A stretch of DNA of 64,000 nt from an uncultured Verrucomicrobiae bacterium (GTDB taxonomy: Bacteria > Verrucomicrobiota > Verrucomicrobiia > Chthoniobacterales > JAATET01): positions 64,001 through 128,000 of the forward strand of contig CAVRCI010000007.1 in assembly GCA_963719495.1 (NCBI GenBank), written 5' to 3'. The notes below the pieces were generated by a model that worked only from the letters and a program-made list of their open reading frames with translations, was not told where the DNA came from and made no database searches. A program made the translations under genes and the position numbers. Numbering within the stretch: the first letter of the stretch is position 1; each line of letters starts with the position of its first letter. Shown piece by piece: positions 52,098 through 63,015 of the stretch.

Positions 52098-53411
52098 TCA
52101 GATCAGCTCGTTCACGATATTCTCGAGCCGCTCCTGCCGTCCGCTCGTGTGTTGGACCGGATCGGGATGGTTGAGCGCGTGCGCCTCCAGCTCCGCGAAA
52201 CCGGCCTTGCCCGCTTCGACGTCCGCTCCGATGCCGCTGTCCCAGGACGAATAGCGATTCTTCACGATCTCGGCGATGCGACCGTCGGCCCGGATCGCGG
52301 CGGCGATCTTGAGTCCGCGGGCGAAGGCGTCCATGCCGCCGATGTGGGCGTGAAAGAGATCCTCCACTTCGAAGCTCTCGCGGCGCGGCTTGGCGTCGAA
52401 GTTCATTCCTCCGGTCGTCAGCCCGCCCATCGCCAGCACTTCCAGCATGATCTCGGTCGTGAGGTAGAGGTTGGTCGGGAATTGATCCGTGTCCCAGCCA
52501 ATGAGTTCGTCGCCGGTATTCGCGTCGACCGATCCGAGCGCTCCCGCGTCCGCGGCGACCCGCATCTCGTGGCGCATGGTGTGGCCGGCAAGCGTCGCGT
52601 GGTTCGTCTCGAGATTCAGCTTGAAGTGCTCGAGCAGATCGAATTCGCGGAGAAAATTCAGGCACGCCGCGGAGTCGGAATCATACTGGTGGGTGGAGGG
52701 TTCGCGGGGCTTGGGTTCAATGTAGAATTGGCCGGTGAAGCCGATGGATTTCTTGTAATCCACGGCCAGATGCAGGAACCGGGCGAGGTGCTCGAGTTCG
52801 CGCTTCATGTCGGTGTTCCACAGGGTCGAATACCCCTCGCGCCCACCCCAGAAGGTGTAACCTTCGCCGCCCAATTCGTGGGTGACCTCGATCGCTTTTT
52901 TCACCTGCGCGCCCGCGTAAGCGAAGACGTCGGCGTTCGGGCTGGTCGCGCCGCCGTGGCAGAAGCGAGGGTTCGCGAAGAGGCAGGCCGTCCCCCAGAG
53001 GAGCTTGATGCCGGTGCGCTCCTGCTCCTCCTTGAGGACCTTGACGACGGCGTCCAGGTTGCGGTTCGACTCGGCCAGGGTCGCGCCTTCCGGAGCGACG
53101 TCGCGGTCGTGGAACGCGTAGTAGGGTACGCCGAGCTTCTCGATGAACTCGAACGCGACGCGCGCGCGGTTGCAGGCGTTCTCGACGGAGTCGGTGCCGT
53201 CGTCCCACGGGCGGACGGCCGTCCCGGCGCCGAAGGGATCGCTGAGCGTGTTGCGGAAGGTGTGCCAATACGCGACCGAAAAACGGAGGTGATCCGTCAT
53301 GGATTTGCCCTCGACCAGCTCGGTGGCGTCGTAGTGTTTGAAGGCGAATGGATTGCGGGAGTCGGCGCCTTCGAAGGCGATCTTGCTGATGTCGGGGAAT
53401 GCTGGGTTCAC
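52098..53411 (-). CDS. xylA: Xylose isomerase
   Basis: [41 protein letters not shown]. Confidence 0.97.
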   Translation of the reverse strand: MNPAFPDISKIAFEGADSRNPFAFKHYDATELVEGKSMTDHLRFSVAYWHTFRNTLSDPFGAGTAVRPWDDGTDSVENACNRARVAFEFIEKLGVPYYAFHDRDVAPEGATLAESNRNLDAVVKVLKEEQERTGIKLLWGTACLFANPRFCHGGATSPNADVFAYAGAQVKKAIEVTHELGGEGYTFWGGREGYSTLWNTDMKRELEHLARFLHLAVDYKKSIGFTGQFYIEPKPREPSTHQYDSDSAACLNFLREFDLLEHFKLNLETNHATLAGHTMRHEMRVAADAGALGSVDANTGDELIGWDTDQFPTNLYLTTEIMLEVLAMGGLTTGGMNFDAKPRRESFEVEDLFHAHIGGMDAFARGLKIAAAIRADGRIAEIVKNRYSSWDSGIGADVEAGKAGFAELEAHALNHPDPVQHTSGRQERLENIVNELI

Positions 53412-53432
53412 GGTGTGGGAGAGGTTGGATTT

Positions 53433-54161
53433 TTACAGATCGAGCGCGTCGGTGACGCGGTCGAGCACGGTTTTAGCGGCCTTCACCCGGGCGTGCCATT
53501 TGAAATTTCCCGCGATTACCTTCCACGGGGCGCAGCCGGTCGAAGTCTTCTCGAACATGTCCTGCGCGGCCTCGACGTGGACGTCCCACTTCTTGCGGTT
53601 GCGCCAATCCTCGTCGCTGATCTTCCAGTGCTTGTAGGGATCGCCTTCTCTGGCTTTGAAGCGCTCGAGCTGCTCGTCCTTGTCGATGTGAATGAAGAGC
53701 TTCACGAGGATCGCGCCGTCGTCGGTGATCTGGCGTTCGAATTCGTTGATCTCGCGGTAGGCGCGCTTCCACTCATCGTCGGTGGCAAAACCCTCGGCCC
53801 GCTCGACGAGCACGCGTCCGTACCACGACCGGTCGAAGATCGCCGTGTCGCCGTAGGTCGGCAATTTGCTCCAAAAGCGCCACAGATAGTGGTGCTGATA
53901 CTCTTCGGTCGTCGGCTTCACGATCGACCAGACGCGGACGGACCGCGGATCGAGTTTTTCGGTGATCCGGCGGATCGCTCCGCCCTTGCCCGCGGCGTCG
54001 GGACCCTCGACGACGACAATCAGCGAGCGCTTCCGCTCCTGCAGTTCGCCCTGGAGGTTGAGTAGCTTGAGCTGATGCTTCTTGAGCTGGTCCTTGTATT
54101 CGCGGGACTCGAGTGAACGGGTTTGATCGAGGTCTTCGAGGAGAATTTGCTTTTTGGCCAT
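53433..54161 (-). CDS. ppk2: Polyphosphate kinase 2 family
   Basis: EGPDAAGKGG, FDRSWYGRVLVER, DWRNR. Confidence 0.9.
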   Translation of the reverse strand: MAKKQILLEDLDQTRSLESREYKDQLKKHQLKLLNLQGELQERKRSLIVVVEGPDAAGKGGAIRRITEKLDPRSVRVWSIVKPTTEEYQHHYLWRFWSKLPTYGDTAIFDRSWYGRVLVERAEGFATDDEWKRAYREINEFERQITDDGAILVKLFIHIDKDEQLERFKAREGDPYKHWKISDEDWRNRKKWDVHVEAAQDMFEKTSTGCAPWKVIAGNFKWHARVKAAKTVLDRVTDALDL

Positions 54162-54216
54162 GGGAGGCCACTGGGTTGCCCGAAAAATCCCGCCGACGCA
54201 AGCCCCGTGGGGGCGC

Positions 54217-55455
54217 TTAAAGCACGAGCCAGGTCGCGAGGCCCAAAAACGTCCCCATGCTCACCACGTCGGTCGCCGTCGTCAGAAAAATACTCGACGC
54301 CGTCGCCGGATCGGCCCCGACGCGCCGCAGCACGAGCGGCACCAGCACACCCGCGATCCCACTGATCACACAAGACCCGATCATCGCCAGAAACACCACG
54401 AACCCGAGCATCACCGCACTGTGCTCCTGACCGTCGCCCGATCCGAACCATGCAAAGAAAAACATCCCGACGCCGGCCGTCACGCCAACGAGCGCGCCAT
54501 TGAGCAGACCCAGCAGCGCCTCCTTCCAGACGGCGGCGCCGCCTTTCCCTTCGACCAACTCACCGAGCGTCATCCCCCGCAGGGTCACGGCCAGAGCCTG
54601 GCAGCCCGTGTTTCCCGACTGCCCCGCCAGCACCGGCAGAAACACCGCCAACACCGTGATCTGCTGAATGGTCCCCTCGAACACACTCACGATCCCCGCC
54701 GCCGCGAACGCGGTCAGCAGATTCAGCTGCAACCAGGGATGCCGGAAGAGCAGACTCCGCGCCCACGGAGTCGCCAGGCGCTCCTCCTTCGTCACACCCA
54801 CCATGCTACCCGCCTGAGCGCTCAGTTCGACGGCCTGCTGCTCGAACATCTGTTGACCGCGCACGAGCCCCATGAGCGTCCCCTCGTCGTCGCACACGGG
54901 ATAGACCGGATAGTGCCGGTCGAGCGTCTGCTTCATCGCGTCGATCAGCGGCGTCGTCACGTCGAGCGCGAAGACGCCCTTCAGCATGATGTCGTCGAGG
55001 CGCTGATCCCGTTCGGAAAAAAGCAGATCCCGCATCGTGGTCACCCCGACCAATTTCCGGTCGCCGTCGACCACGAAGACGTAGGTGACGAACGCCTTCT
55101 TCACGACCTCGCGAAGCTTCTCGATCACCTCGCCGACGGTATTTCCGGGAGCGAAAACAGCCACCGGCGGCTCCATGAGGCGGCCGATCGAATTCTCCGG
55201 ATACTGCTTGTCAGCCTCCCAGTGGCTCACCCGCTCGGGCGGGGCCGCGGCGAGAATGCGTTCGCGATCCGCGTCCCCCAGCTCCTTCAGAATCTTGCGC
55301 GCCTGCGAGGGAAGCAATTCGACGAGCGTCGCCGCCGCCGCTTCCGACTCCTGATCGGCCAACAATTCCGCCGCTTCCCGAGGTCCCATTGCTTTGCACC
55401 GGGCGAAAAGGTCCCCCACCGCCAAACTTGGATCCTTGTCCGATTGCTCCCCCAT
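54217..55455 (-). CDS. mgtE: MgtE-family magnesium transporter
   Basis: CBS pair, R.PWL..NL, GQSGNTGCQ, DPATAS..LTTATDV. Confidence 0.88.
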   Translation of the reverse strand: MGEQSDKDPSLAVGDLFARCKAMGPREAAELLADQESEAAAATLVELLPSQARKILKELGDADRERILAAAPPERVSHWEADKQYPENSIGRLMEPPVAVFAPGNTVGEVIEKLREVVKKAFVTYVFVVDGDRKLVGVTTMRDLLFSERDQRLDDIMLKGVFALDVTTPLIDAMKQTLDRHYPVYPVCDDEGTLMGLVRGQQMFEQQAVELSAQAGSMVGVTKEERLATPWARSLLFRHPWLQLNLLTAFAAAGIVSVFEGTIQQITVLAVFLPVLAGQSGNTGCQALAVTLRGMTLGELVEGKGGAAVWKEALLGLLNGALVGVTAGVGMFFFAWFGSGDGQEHSAVMLGFVVFLAMIGSCVISGIAGVLVPLVLRRVGADPATASSIFLTTATDVVSMGTFLGLATWLVL

Positions 55456-55607
55456 CGCTGTCATTTTGTCCCCGATCATCGCGCGAAAGGGAAGCCACTT
55501 TCTGCGAAGTTGAATTCGGAGCATCGCGCCAGCACGTGTCGAGCCGCAAGCAAAGCCCACGCCCAGATGGCCACCACCACCCACGCGGCGAAGCGCCCCA
55601 TCTCCCG

Positions 55608-55653
55608 CCATTACCTGTAAAATGTGACGGCCGTCACATTTTACAGGTAATGG
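55608..55653. repeat. Perfect 46-bp palindrome
   Basis: ccattacctgtaaaatgtgacgg|ccgtcacattttacaggtaatgg. Confidence 0.95.
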
Positions 55654-55780
55654 ATTGGCGGCGAAATGCTCGCGGGGGGCCGCGGCTTGCCGCTCGCAAA
55701 TCGGAGCGTACCCTTCAGAAGTCCGCCGATCCAAGGCTACCCGGCCGGAGGGCGGCGACCGAGCGGATGAATCCGCTCCC

Positions 55781-55810
55781 GATAAAACGTAACGGCCGTT
55801 ACGTTTTATC
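55781..55810. repeat. Perfect 30-bp palindrome related to the previous one
   Basis: gataaaacgtaacgg|ccgttacgttttatc. Confidence 0.95.
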
Positions 55811-56082
55811 CGTCGACTCCGCCGGGGCTTGGGAGGGGGGGGATTGGGCTGGAAGGCGCTTGAATGAAGCGGGTGACCCGATGCCACCAGCCTTCGGATC
55901 ACGGCGGTCTCTTACGGATTGGTCGCTGGCTTCCTGACGTCCCCCGGTCGGACGTGGTTGGCGATCACGAGACTCTCCTTCCGATCACGACGCGCTCTCG
56001 ATCACTCCCCACGCCCATACGGATGGAATCCGGATGGAATCCCCGCTTGCGCCCAGCCGAAAGCGGGGCTATCCGCTTACTC

Positions 56083-57216
56083 GTGTTGACCGGTTGGCGA
56101 AAAGCGGCAGTTTTCGGTGCCAGCCTGATCGGGCTCGGCGCGAGCGAAGCCCGGGCGCAGCTGGAATATTTCGGCGTCAATCTCTCCGGCGCGGAGTTCG
56201 GCGACGGGAATCTGCCGGGCTCGGTGCCGACCGACTACTCCTACCCGGGATCGAGCGACATCATCGACTTCGTCAGCAAGGGGTTCAACACCGTCCGCCT
56301 CCCCTTTCGCTGGGAGCGCATCCAGACGTCGACCGGTCTCGCTCTCGACTCCACCGAACTCGGTCGGCTCGATAATTTCGTCAATTTCGCGACGGCGGTG
56401 GGAGCGAACGTCATTCTGGACGTCCACAATTTTGGCACCTACTATGGCGACGTCATCGGCCAGCTGGGATCACCCGTGACGGACGCGCACTTTTCCGATC
56501 TCTGGACGCGCCTCGCCGACCATTACAAGGCCAACGACAAAGTGATCTTCGGCCTGATGAACGAGCCGAAGGGCGTGAATTTCGGCGGGGCGAGGACCGA
56601 GGAATGGCTGACTTCCGCAAACTCCGCCATCGCCGCGATTCGCGGCACCGGCGCGGAAAACCTCGTTCTCGTCCCCGGGAATGGCTTCACCGGCGCGTGG
56701 AGCTGGACGAATCCGCCGGGCGATTTCTACGGCACTCCGAACGCCCAGGTGATGGGCGGCGTCGTCGACAGCTTCAACAACTTCGCCTACGAGGTGCACC
56801 AATACCTCGACGCGGATTCGTCGGGCAGCACGGATGGCATCGTCAGCGAAACCATCGGCGCCGAGCGGCTCGTGGATTTCACCAACTGGGCGCGAGCCAA
56901 CAACGCCCGCGGATTCCTCGGAGAATTTGGCGTCTCGTCCGGGGCACCGCAGCTCGCCGCGCTGGACAATATGCTGGATTACGTCGACGCGAATCAGGAC
57001 GTCTGGCAGGGGTGGACCTACTGGTCGGCCGGTAAGTGGCCGGCCGAATATTCGTTCTCGGTCGCCGACAACGCGGCGAGCGGCCGCCCGCAGCTCGCCA
57101 TCCTTGAGGACCATCTCAACCCCATCCCCGAGCCGCGAATTTGGTGCCTGCTCGCACTGGCGGCACTCATCGGTTGGTGGAGACTCGGCGGCGAGCGTTC
57201 CAAGCGAGCAGGCTGA
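56083..57216 (+). CDS. GH5 endoglucanase with PEP-CTERM-like tail
   Basis: GVNLSGAEFG, RLPFRWER, LMNEP, EVHQYLD, FLGEFG; IPEP-TM-basic tail; start approximate. Confidence 0.9.
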   Translation: MLTGWRKAAVFGASLIGLGASEARAQLEYFGVNLSGAEFGDGNLPGSVPTDYSYPGSSDIIDFVSKGFNTVRLPFRWERIQTSTGLALDSTELGRLDNFVNFATAVGANVILDVHNFGTYYGDVIGQLGSPVTDAHFSDLWTRLADHYKANDKVIFGLMNEPKGVNFGGARTEEWLTSANSAIAAIRGTGAENLVLVPGNGFTGAWSWTNPPGDFYGTPNAQVMGGVVDSFNNFAYEVHQYLDADSSGSTDGIVSETIGAERLVDFTNWARANNARGFLGEFGVSSGAPQLAALDNMLDYVDANQDVWQGWTYWSAGKWPAEYSFSVADNAASGRPQLAILEDHLNPIPEPRIWCLLALAALIGWWRLGGERSKRAG

Positions 57217-60200
57217 GCGCGATCACGACCAGCGCGATGGTCGACGGCTCCGGCACGACCGTCGCGCGGAACGCCAGCTCGATCTGGGCCAGATTCGACG
57301 TTCCCGATCCGTTCGCGCTCGTCGGATCGTAGAAAAGCGACTCCGCGTAGACGCCGTTGCCGAGCGGGCCGGGGTCGATCTCCACGTTGTAGCCCGTCCG
57401 CTCACCGCCGCTCGCCAGTCCCGCAAAGGCGGCGAATCCCGTCGCGTCGAACGCCGTGAGTCCCGAGAGGTCGAAGGTGCCGCCAAGCGCGTCCTGAAAA
57501 ACGGGATCCCTCAGGAAATTCTCCAGCGCCAGATTGATCGAGCGCAAGCTGTCCGCCACGTCGAGCGTCCCGAAATCGATCGTGTAGCGCGTCGCGGAAT
57601 CCATCGTGAAAACGGCGTCCCCGGACGCTTTCGCAAGCACGGGCTCGGCGAAGAAGTTCACCGCCCCGGTGATCGCCAGATCGATTGCCGCCACGTTGTC
57701 GAAATTTGTCGCGACGTGAATCGACTGCCCCGTCAGCGCTCCCGCGGTCGCCGCGGTCAGGGTCACGTCCCGAGCCGCCGTTGCCCCACCCGCTGCGACC
57801 GGGCCGAAGTTTCCCGCCGTCACTCCGCTCCCGCTCAGCCGGGAGTCCGTGAGGTTGCCGCCGTTCACGTTCGTCTGCAGAGCGCCGCGGATCGCCGGGC
57901 CACTCGTACCGGTGTTCGCCAACGCGTAGGACTTCGAGACCGTGTCGCCAACGTGGACCGTCCCGAAGGCGATCGTGCCGCCCGCCGCGTCGACCGTGGC
58001 CACGAGCGCCGCGTCGCCGCCCGCGAGGATCTGTCCGGTGCCGGTGACGTTCGAACGGCGGTCGAAGGCGTTGCCGCTGCCGAAATTCGCGTTCGTGTAA
58101 TCGGCCGAGACGACGACGTCGTTCGCGCCGAGCGCAAGATTCGCGCCCTTGTGCTGGAGCTGGCCAATCTCGCTGGTGTGAACGTTCTCCGAGAGATCGA
58201 GGACGGCGTTCGCGTTGATGTCGACCGTCCCGTTACCCGTGATCCCCGCCGTCGCCGCCAGCGTCCCGGCACCGACGATCACCGTCCCCGTGTTCTCCAG
58301 CACCACGTTCGTCTGGTAGGTCCCCGCGCCCGTCTTGTTGAGGAAGCCCTGATTGATGAAGCGGTTGCCGGGATCCGCTTTCCCGAAACCGACCGCGGCG
58401 ATGCCCGTCGTCACGTCCGCGGTGAAGAACGCCCCCGTCGCGTTGCGAAAGGTCGCGGGCCCGGCCGAGTCCGAGTTAAGAACGAGGCTGCTGAGGCCGG
58501 CCCCGGTCCGCCGCTGGGTGAAGCTCCCGGTATTCACGACCTGCGCGCCGCCCCGGACGTCGATAAATTGATCCGTCGCCCCCGCCGCGATGACCGTCGT
58601 GCCGCTGAACGTTTTGACCCCGCTCCCGCCGAAAACGTAGCTACTCCCGTCGAACGAAGTCGTCCCTGCGAAAGTCGTGGCTCCCGAGCCCGCGACCGTG
58701 CCGCCGTTGGTGAAAGTCGTTCCGGAAAACGCCTTCGCGACGTTCGACTCGAGCGTCCCCCCGGAGATCCGCAACGCCGTCGCGCCGATCGCGCTGCCCG
58801 CGTCGAACGTCGTCGTCCCCCCGTGCAGCTCGAGCACTCCCGACGCGAACGAACTCCCCGCCGCGAAGCTGGTCGTCCCGCCCCGCACGACCACCGACCC
58901 GGCCCCGGTGAACCCGACCGTCGACGCGAACGAATTCGTCCCGGCCAGCCCCAGCGTCGCCCCGCCCGCGACCGCGAAGTCCCCGAAGACCACCGTGTTC
59001 CCGCTCCCGGCGTTGAGATTGAGAATTCCCTGCTGCACGTTCACGTCCCCCCCGTTTCGGAAAATCACGTTCGCGTTGTAGTCCCCGCTCCCGGTCTTGA
59101 TGAACTGGCCATTGTTATCGAACGTGATGTCACCGACGGCATCGCCGAAGCCAACACCCGCCGACCCCACCCGCACGTCCGCGGTGAACGTGCCCGCATT
59201 CGTGAAGCGCGACGAACCGCCCGCCCTGTCGGCGTTGAGAACGATCTGGCTGTCGCCCGCCGCGAGCCGCCGTTGGGTGAACGTCCCGTTGCTCTGAACC
59301 TTGGTCCCGCCATCAACGTTGAAAAATTGATCCGTCGCGCCCGCCTCGATCGTCGCGGAACCCGTGAACACTTTTGCCCCAGACCCACCCAGCGTCGGAC
59401 TACTCCCATCGAACGTCGTCGTCCCCGCGAAGGTCGCCGCCCCACTCCCGGTGACGGATCCGCCGTTCGAAAATGCCGCGCCCTGAAACGTGTGCGCGAT
59501 GTCGAGTTGCAGCGTCCCGCCCGCCACCTGCACGGTGCCGGACCTCAGCGTGCTCCCGGCGGCCATCGTGGTCGTGCCGCTCAGCAGGCGCAGCGTCTGC
59601 GGGTCGAGCGCACTCCCGGAGCTGAAGGTCGTGTCGCCGCTTCTCACCAGCAACGTGCCCGCCCCCGCGACCGAGGAGCCGCTTCCGAACGTGAACGTCC
59701 CGCTCAGCCCGAGCGTCGCCCCGTTGCTGACGGCATAAACGCCGTTCGTCGCCCCGCCGTCGCCCGCGTTGAGATTCAGGGGCCCCTGCTGCACCGAGAC
59801 GTCGGCATTGTTTCGAAACGCCACGTTCGCCGCGTAGGTTCCGGTGCCGGACTTGTTGAACGTCCCGTTGTTGACGAAGACGTTCCCCGCCGTCTCCTCC
59901 GCGAAACCAACGCTCGCATCGCCGTTCAGGACGTTCGCCGTGAAGTTCGCGCCCGGGCCATTCACAAATTGCGAAACCCCACCGGCCTCGTCAGCATTCA
60001 GCACGATCGAACTTGCCCCAAGGCCCGTCTTCGTCTGCGTGAACGTCCCGCCGTTCGTCACGGTCGTTCCGCCGTTGACGTTGAAAAATTGATCCGTCGC
60101 TCCGGCGGAAATCGCCGTGTTGCCGTTGAACGTCTTCCCGCCCGTCCCGCCAAAGGTGTAGCTCGCGCCGTCGAACACGGTCGTGCCCACGAACTCGAGC

Positions 60201-61960
60201 GCTCCCGCGCCCGCAACGGCCCCGCCGTTCGCGAAGCTCGCGCCGCTGAACGTGTGATCGACGTCCGCCACGAGCGTCCCGCCCCGCACCGCCAGGCTCG
60301 TTCCGCTCGCCAGCGTGCTGCCGGAAGCCAGCGTCGTCGTTCCGCTCACGAGCTCGAGCCGGTCCGACCCCAGCGCCGAGCCGGACGCGAACGTCACCGC
60401 GTCGCTGTTCACCCGCAACGTCCCGGAGTCGACCGTCGAACCCGAATCGAACGTGAACCCGCCGCTCAGCCCGAGGACTGACGCGCCCCGGATGATCGCC
60501 GCTCCGGTCGTCGAACCGCCGTCGCCCGCGGTGAGGTTCATCGTCCCCTGATCGACGTCGAGCGTGCCGGAATTCGCGAACGCCCCGTCGACCGAATACA
60601 CGTTTGAACCAAATTTCTGAAAAGTTCCCTCGTTCAAAAATTGATTCCCGGCGTCCGGCAGCGCCCGACCGATGCTCGCGTCCCCGCCGCTCGCGTTCGC
60701 GATGAACGTGCCCGAGTTTCGAAAAACCGACCCACCGCCCGTCGAGTCCGCGTTGAGGACGATCGCGCTCTCACCGCTCCCGAGCCGCGCCTGCGTGAAT
60801 TGCGCGGAATTCACGACCTCCGTGCCGCCGTTCACGTTGAAGTATTGATCGGTCGAAGTCGTCGAAAAGTTCACGTCCGTTGCAAACGTCTTCGTCCCCG
60901 TGCCGCCGAACGTATAGGTCGATCCATCGAAGGTCGCCGCGGTCGCGAACGTCACGTCGCCCGAGCCGAGCACCGCGCCGCCGTTGGTGAACGCCGCGCC
61001 CGAGAACGTGTGGTCGGCGTTGCTCGTGAGCGTCCCACCGTTCACCGCCAGATTGGACGACCCAAACGCCACGCCGTTTTCGACAACGACGTTGCCGCTC
61101 ACCAATTCCAGCGTCGCGACCGACAGATTGCTGCCCGCCGCGAAGGTCGTCGTGCCGCCGTTGTTCGTGAGCTTCCCCCCACCGGACACTCCGGCACCCG
61201 GGGCAAAGTTGAACCCGCCACTCAGCGCCAGCGTCCCGGTGACCGTCTGCGATCCCGTCGTCGAGCCACCGTCGCCCGCGTTCAGCTCGAGCGTCCCGGC
61301 CTGCACCTGCGAGGTCCCCGAATTCACGAAGGCCACGTTCACGTCGTAATCCGCCGCACCCGATTTCACGAACGTCCCCTCGTTGACAAATCGGTTACCC
61401 ACCGCCGCCGCGCCGAAGCCCACGCTCGCCCCCGCCGTCGTCGTGGCCGCGGTGAAGGTCGCCGCCGACGCATTGCGGAAGGTCGACCCGCCGCCGAGGC
61501 CGTCCGAATTGAGAATGATCCCCGTGTCCGTCGACCCGCCCTGCGTGTGCGTGAACGATCCGAGATTCGCCACTTCCGCACCGCCCACGACGTTCACAAA
61601 CGCCGCGCTCGCCCCACCCGAAAGCGCCGCCGAACCACCCAACCGCGTGACGCCTCCCGCGAAGACCGCTCCGTTGCCCAGCGTCGTCGCCGCCGTGATC
61701 GTTTTCGTTCCGACGGAAGCCAACGAGGCCGCCGAGAAGTTCAGCGAGTCGAGCGTGACGTCGACGTCGAGCGTCACGTCCCCGCCGGCGATGATCGCGG
61801 CGTAGGTGTCCGCGGCCCCCGGTTGGCCGTTGTTTGGGTAGACCGGATTCGTGGTCCAATTCAGCGGATCGCTGAAATCACCCGGTCCGCCGAGGAAGGT
61901 AGAGGTCGTCTGGGCACCCGCGGTCGCGGCGAAGGCTAGGATTGCGAGGATCGTTTTCAT
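57167..61960 (-). CDS. Giant repetitive beta-strand surface protein with PEP-CTERM
   Basis: Signal peptide MKTILAILAFAATAGA; about five ~253-aa G/T/N/S repeats; VPEPST-TM-RRR. Confidence 0.9.
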   Translation of the reverse strand: MKTILAILAFAATAGAQTTSTFLGGPGDFSDPLNWTTNPVYPNNGQPGAADTYAAIIAGGDVTLDVDVTLDSLNFSAASLASVGTKTITAATTLGNGAVFAGGVTRLGGSAALSGGASAAFVNVVGGAEVANLGSFTHTQGGSTDTGIILNSDGLGGGSTFRNASAATFTAATTTAGASVGFGAAAVGNRFVNEGTFVKSGAADYDVNVAFVNSGTSQVQAGTLELNAGDGGSTTGSQTVTGTLALSGGFNFAPGAGVSGGGKLTNNGGTTTFAAGSNLSVATLELVSGNVVVENGVAFGSSNLAVNGGTLTSNADHTFSGAAFTNGGAVLGSGDVTFATAATFDGSTYTFGGTGTKTFATDVNFSTTSTDQYFNVNGGTEVVNSAQFTQARLGSGESAIVLNADSTGGGSVFRNSGTFIANASGGDASIGRALPDAGNQFLNEGTFQKFGSNVYSVDGAFANSGTLDVDQGTMNLTAGDGGSTTGAAIIRGASVLGLSGGFTFDSGSTVDSGTLRVNSDAVTFASGSALGSDRLELVSGTTTLASGSTLASGTSLAVRGGTLVADVDHTFSGASFANGGAVAGAGALEFVGTTVFDGASYTFGGTGGKTFNGNTAISAGATDQFFNVNGGTTVTNGGTFTQTKTGLGASSIVLNADEAGGVSQFVNGPGANFTANVLNGDASVGFAEETAGNVFVNNGTFNKSGTGTYAANVAFRNNADVSVQQGPLNLNAGDGGATNGVYAVSNGATLGLSGTFTFGSGSSVAGAGTLLVRSGDTTFSSGSALDPQTLRLLSGTTTMAAGSTLRSGTVQVAGGTLQLDIAHTFQGAAFSNGGSVTGSGAATFAGTTTFDGSSPTLGGSGAKVFTGSATIEAGATDQFFNVDGGTKVQSNGTFTQRRLAAGDSQIVLNADRAGGSSRFTNAGTFTADVRVGSAGVGFGDAVGDITFDNNGQFIKTGSGDYNANVIFRNGGDVNVQQGILNLNAGSGNTVVFGDFAVAGGATLGLAGTNSFASTVGFTGAGSVVVRGGTTSFAAGSSFASGVLELHGGTTTFDAGSAIGATALRISGGTLESNVAKAFSGTTFTNGGTVAGSGATTFAGTTSFDGSSYVFGGSGVKTFSGTTVIAAGATDQFIDVRGGAQVVNTGSFTQRRTGAGLSSLVLNSDSAGPATFRNATGAFFTADVTTGIAAVGFGKADPGNRFINQGFLNKTGAGTYQTNVVLENTGTVIVGAGTLAATAGITGNGTVDINANAVLDLSENVHTSEIGQLQHKGANLALGANDVVVSADYTNANFGSGNAFDRRSNVTGTGQILAGGDAALVATVDAAGGTIAFGTVHVGDTVSKSYALANTGTSGPAIRGALQTNVNGGNLTDSRLSGSGVTAGNFGPVAAGGATAARDVTLTAATAGALTGQSIHVATNFDNVAAIDLAITGAVNFFAEPVLAKASGDAVFTMDSATRYTIDFGTLDVADSLRSINLALENFLRDPVFQDALGGTFDLSGLTAFDATGFAAFAGLASGGERTGYNVEIDPGPLGNGVYAESLFYDPTSANGSGTSNLAQIELAFRATVVPEPSTIALVVIALSLLAWNARRRVSTNR

Positions 61961-63015
61961 GGTTGGCGTGGATCGGGTTGGGCGTAGAAGTCGCGCACGA
62001 CGTCGGCGGCGGGTTTGCCCCGGAATTGGAAATCGGTCGGCGGCTGCGGGTGGTAATCGAGGTCCGAGAACCAATGCCACCAGTAGAAGCCGTAGAACCA
62101 ACCCTGATCCCAAAAAGTTCGGAACAGAACTTCAAAACTCACCCGCTGTTCTTCGAGATCGACCGGCGGCGGCAGGTCGTCCCGCCACGAGTGCGGCTTG
62201 AGACCCGCGCCCGGGATGCTGCGGAACCCGGCTTCGAGGAAGAGCACCGGCTTGTTGAACCGCGCCGCCACCTCCGCCACGTGGTCCCGCGCCTTGGCGG
62301 CTTCCGCCAGCCGATCCTCGAGCGTCCCGCCTCCGATCGGGAAATAGAACGAAACGCCGATGTATTCCAGCAGGTCCCAAAACTCGACGGTGTCGATCTC
62401 CTCCGCCCAGTTCGCCGAGTAGGTGCAGGGCCCCTTGTAGACTCCCCGCACGTCGAGGATGACCTGCCGCCAATCCGCCGGGCGCAGCTCCGTGGACGTC
62501 CGCATCTCGCTGCCGACGCTGAAGAGTTCCACCCCCTCCTCCTGAGCCATCCGCGCCCACGTCAGGATGAATTCGGTGTAGGCCGCGAACCATTCCCGCC
62601 ATTCCCCACCGCTCTTCATCCGCACGTCGCCGCGCCAATCGCCACGCGCGCCATACATGCCAATCCAGATCTGCGGTGCCAGCGTGACCGCCAGACCCGC
62701 CGCGTGCGCCGACCGGATCATCCGTCGGATACTGTCGGGCGTCATCGTGAGATCCTCGCCCGTGTAGCCGAAGATCCTCGGGTCCTCCGTGTTGAAGCTG
62801 TAGCCGAGCGGGATGATCGTCACGCTGTCGACGCCGAGCTTTCTCAGTTCCTCGAGCGACCGCGCCGCCATCTCGCTGCCGTAGCCGCGCTCGACGCTGT
62901 GGTTGTGGGCGAGCACGACGCCGCGTTGGAAACGGGGCTGAAAATCCGCGCCGATGGGTGGGACGCGGCCAATGGAGAACACGGCGAGGGAGAGCATGGC
63001 AACGAGAGCGGTCAT
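61957..63015 (-). CDS. GH113-like TIM-barrel glycoside hydrolase
   Basis: WRGD, SVGSEM, YSANW, IGVSFYFP, KPVLFLEAGF, GKPA; ATGA overlaps at both ends. Confidence 0.8.
   Translation of the reverse strand: MTALVAMLSLAVFSIGRVPPIGADFQPRFQRGVVLAHNHSVERGYGSEMAARSLEELRKLGVDSVTIIPLGYSFNTEDPRIFGYTGEDLTMTPDSIRRMIRSAHAAGLAVTLAPQIWIGMYGARGDWRGDVRMKSGGEWREWFAAYTEFILTWARMAQEEGVELFSVGSEMRTSTELRPADWRQVILDVRGVYKGPCTYSANWAEEIDTVEFWDLLEYIGVSFYFPIGGGTLEDRLAEAAKARDHVAEVAARFNKPVLFLEAGFRSIPGAGLKPHSWRDDLPPPVDLEEQRVSFEVLFRTFWDQGWFYGFYWWHWFSDLDYHPQPPTDFQFRGKPAADVVRDFYAQPDPRQP

Noticed and set aside
55465..55902. Long N-terminal extension of MgtE
   Set aside because: Runs through non-coding palindromes; MgtE-like sequence starts near 55455
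56834..60481. 1215-aa plus-strand ORF
   Set aside because: Arg-rich antisense shadow of the giant PEP-CTERM gene
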